Shown: positions 62,899-64,000 of the stretch, piece after piece
Layout: each line of letters opens with the position of its first letter
Numbering within the stretch: position 1 is the stretch's first letter
Assembly: GCA_043228905.1 (NCBI GenBank)
Contig: JBHGNT010000016.1
Coordinates: forward strand, 4,836,001 to 4,900,000
Origin: Azolla caroliniana
Taxonomy: Eukaryota > Plantae > Polypodiophyta
Direction: 5' to 3'
Length of the DNA stretch: 64,000 bases
Position numbers and translations under genes: made by a program
The notes under the pieces: generated by a model
The model's database searches: none
What the model saw: only the letters and a program-made list of their open reading frames with translations
Told to the model about the DNA's origin: nothing

Positions 62899-64000
62899 AT
62901 AGAGTGAGAGAGAGAGAGAGACCACAAGGAATACAGGAAACAATAAAACTGTATTAGAAAGAGAATAAAACAACCAACAACTACAACGAAGAGGAGAAGG
63001 TGCTTATGTAGTCACCTTCTCTCTATATTCTCTTACTACAACCACCTCTTGGGAAGGAGGTGGAGACGTAACTACCTACTAACTATGTGTCATAGGACTA
63101 ACTTCTATGACACACTAGTTATGATACAAAGTAGTAGGGTGTTCATACACTTGGCTATTCCTAAGGTGTGGTCCCATAGTAGGATAATTGAGTTTGATTC
63201 TCAACACCCCCCTTCAAGCACAACTTTCTGGTAGCTAGATAGTCGGCTTGGGCCGTGTCGATTAGTATCTGGATCAGCTCCGACTTTGGTTGTGGATGAT
63301 CAGCTTACTCTGTTTTCTGTGTTCATTCTACTCCGTTCGATTCCGTGTCGGGCAACAATTGGTTAATCCCCCTCAAGCTCGACTGGTTGGCGGTTGAGAG
63401 GCCTAGGTTCATCATGAACTGCCGCAACTTGTCGGCTCCCAGGGCCTTCGTGAAGATGTCCGCCATTTGTAGGTTGTTGTGGATGTGTTGCAAGTCGACA
63501 TCCATGGCCATGATACGTTCTCGGATGAAATGATAGTGCACCTCGATGTGTTTAGTTCGAGCATGAAAAACTAGGTTCCAAGCGAGGTGAATATTGCTCA
63601 TGTTGACGTAGTATAGGAGGATTGGATATTTGATGGAGATGTCCAAATCCTTGAGAATCCTCTTCAGTCATATGGCTTCGCATGTTGCCACGGTCACGCC
63701 CTTGTATTCTGCCTCCGATCTCGACAATGTGATTACCGGTTGCTTTTTACTGCTCCAGGAGATAGCTTTATTGCCGAGGGAGAAGACAAATCTTGATGTT
63801 GATTGTTTGTCGGCTTTGTAGTTGGCCCAGTCGACATCAGTGTACCCTTCGAGTTGAATCAATGTGGCCGACTTGTAGAGGATGTTGTGGTCCATTGTCC
63901 CACGTACATACCTTAATACTCATTTAGCGCAATCTAGATGAATGTCACTAGGTGTCTGCATAAATTGGCTAAGGAGGCCAATCAGGTAGCTGAGGTCGGG
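62819..64000 (-). mobile_element. 3' end of a Ty1/copia element (RT end, RNase H, PPT, 3' LTR), running off the right edge
   Basis: [32 protein letters not shown] and ADIFTKALG on the minus strand. PPT GAAGGGGGG, LTR 63206-62819 starting TGTTGAGAATCAA and ending CTTTACA, like the LTR at 59846-60217. Confidence 0.88.

Overview
Eukaryotic land-plant nuclear DNA; a fern is plausible from the PPR style and protein divergence, but that is inference. I rebuilt five intron-containing host genes by hand from GT-AG junctions, all on the minus strand. They are the 5' part of an AWPM-19 gene, DHU1 (LRR+WD40, 9 exons, last exon 8.4 kb downstream at 3001-3084), an SCP/CTDSPL-type HAD phosphatase, a 17-exon M3 oligopeptidase A, and an unrecognised 154-aa protein with a plastid-like transit peptide. 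A PLS-class PPR pseudogene is split by a 14.1-kb nested retrotransposon block (46109-60217, TSD AGAAC). The block is a Ty1/copia holding a full-length tRNA-Trp-primed Ty3/gypsy (4-bp TSD ACGT) and a second gypsy segment that is circularly permuted around one central LTR. Further copia and LINE remnants sit in introns, antisense to their hosts. Many local tandem duplications are present, two of which copy splice junctions. The most unusual structure is the permuted single-LTR gypsy, which replaces the copia RT and looks like a captured 1-LTR circle. All coordinates were read by eye; no searches or alignments were run.
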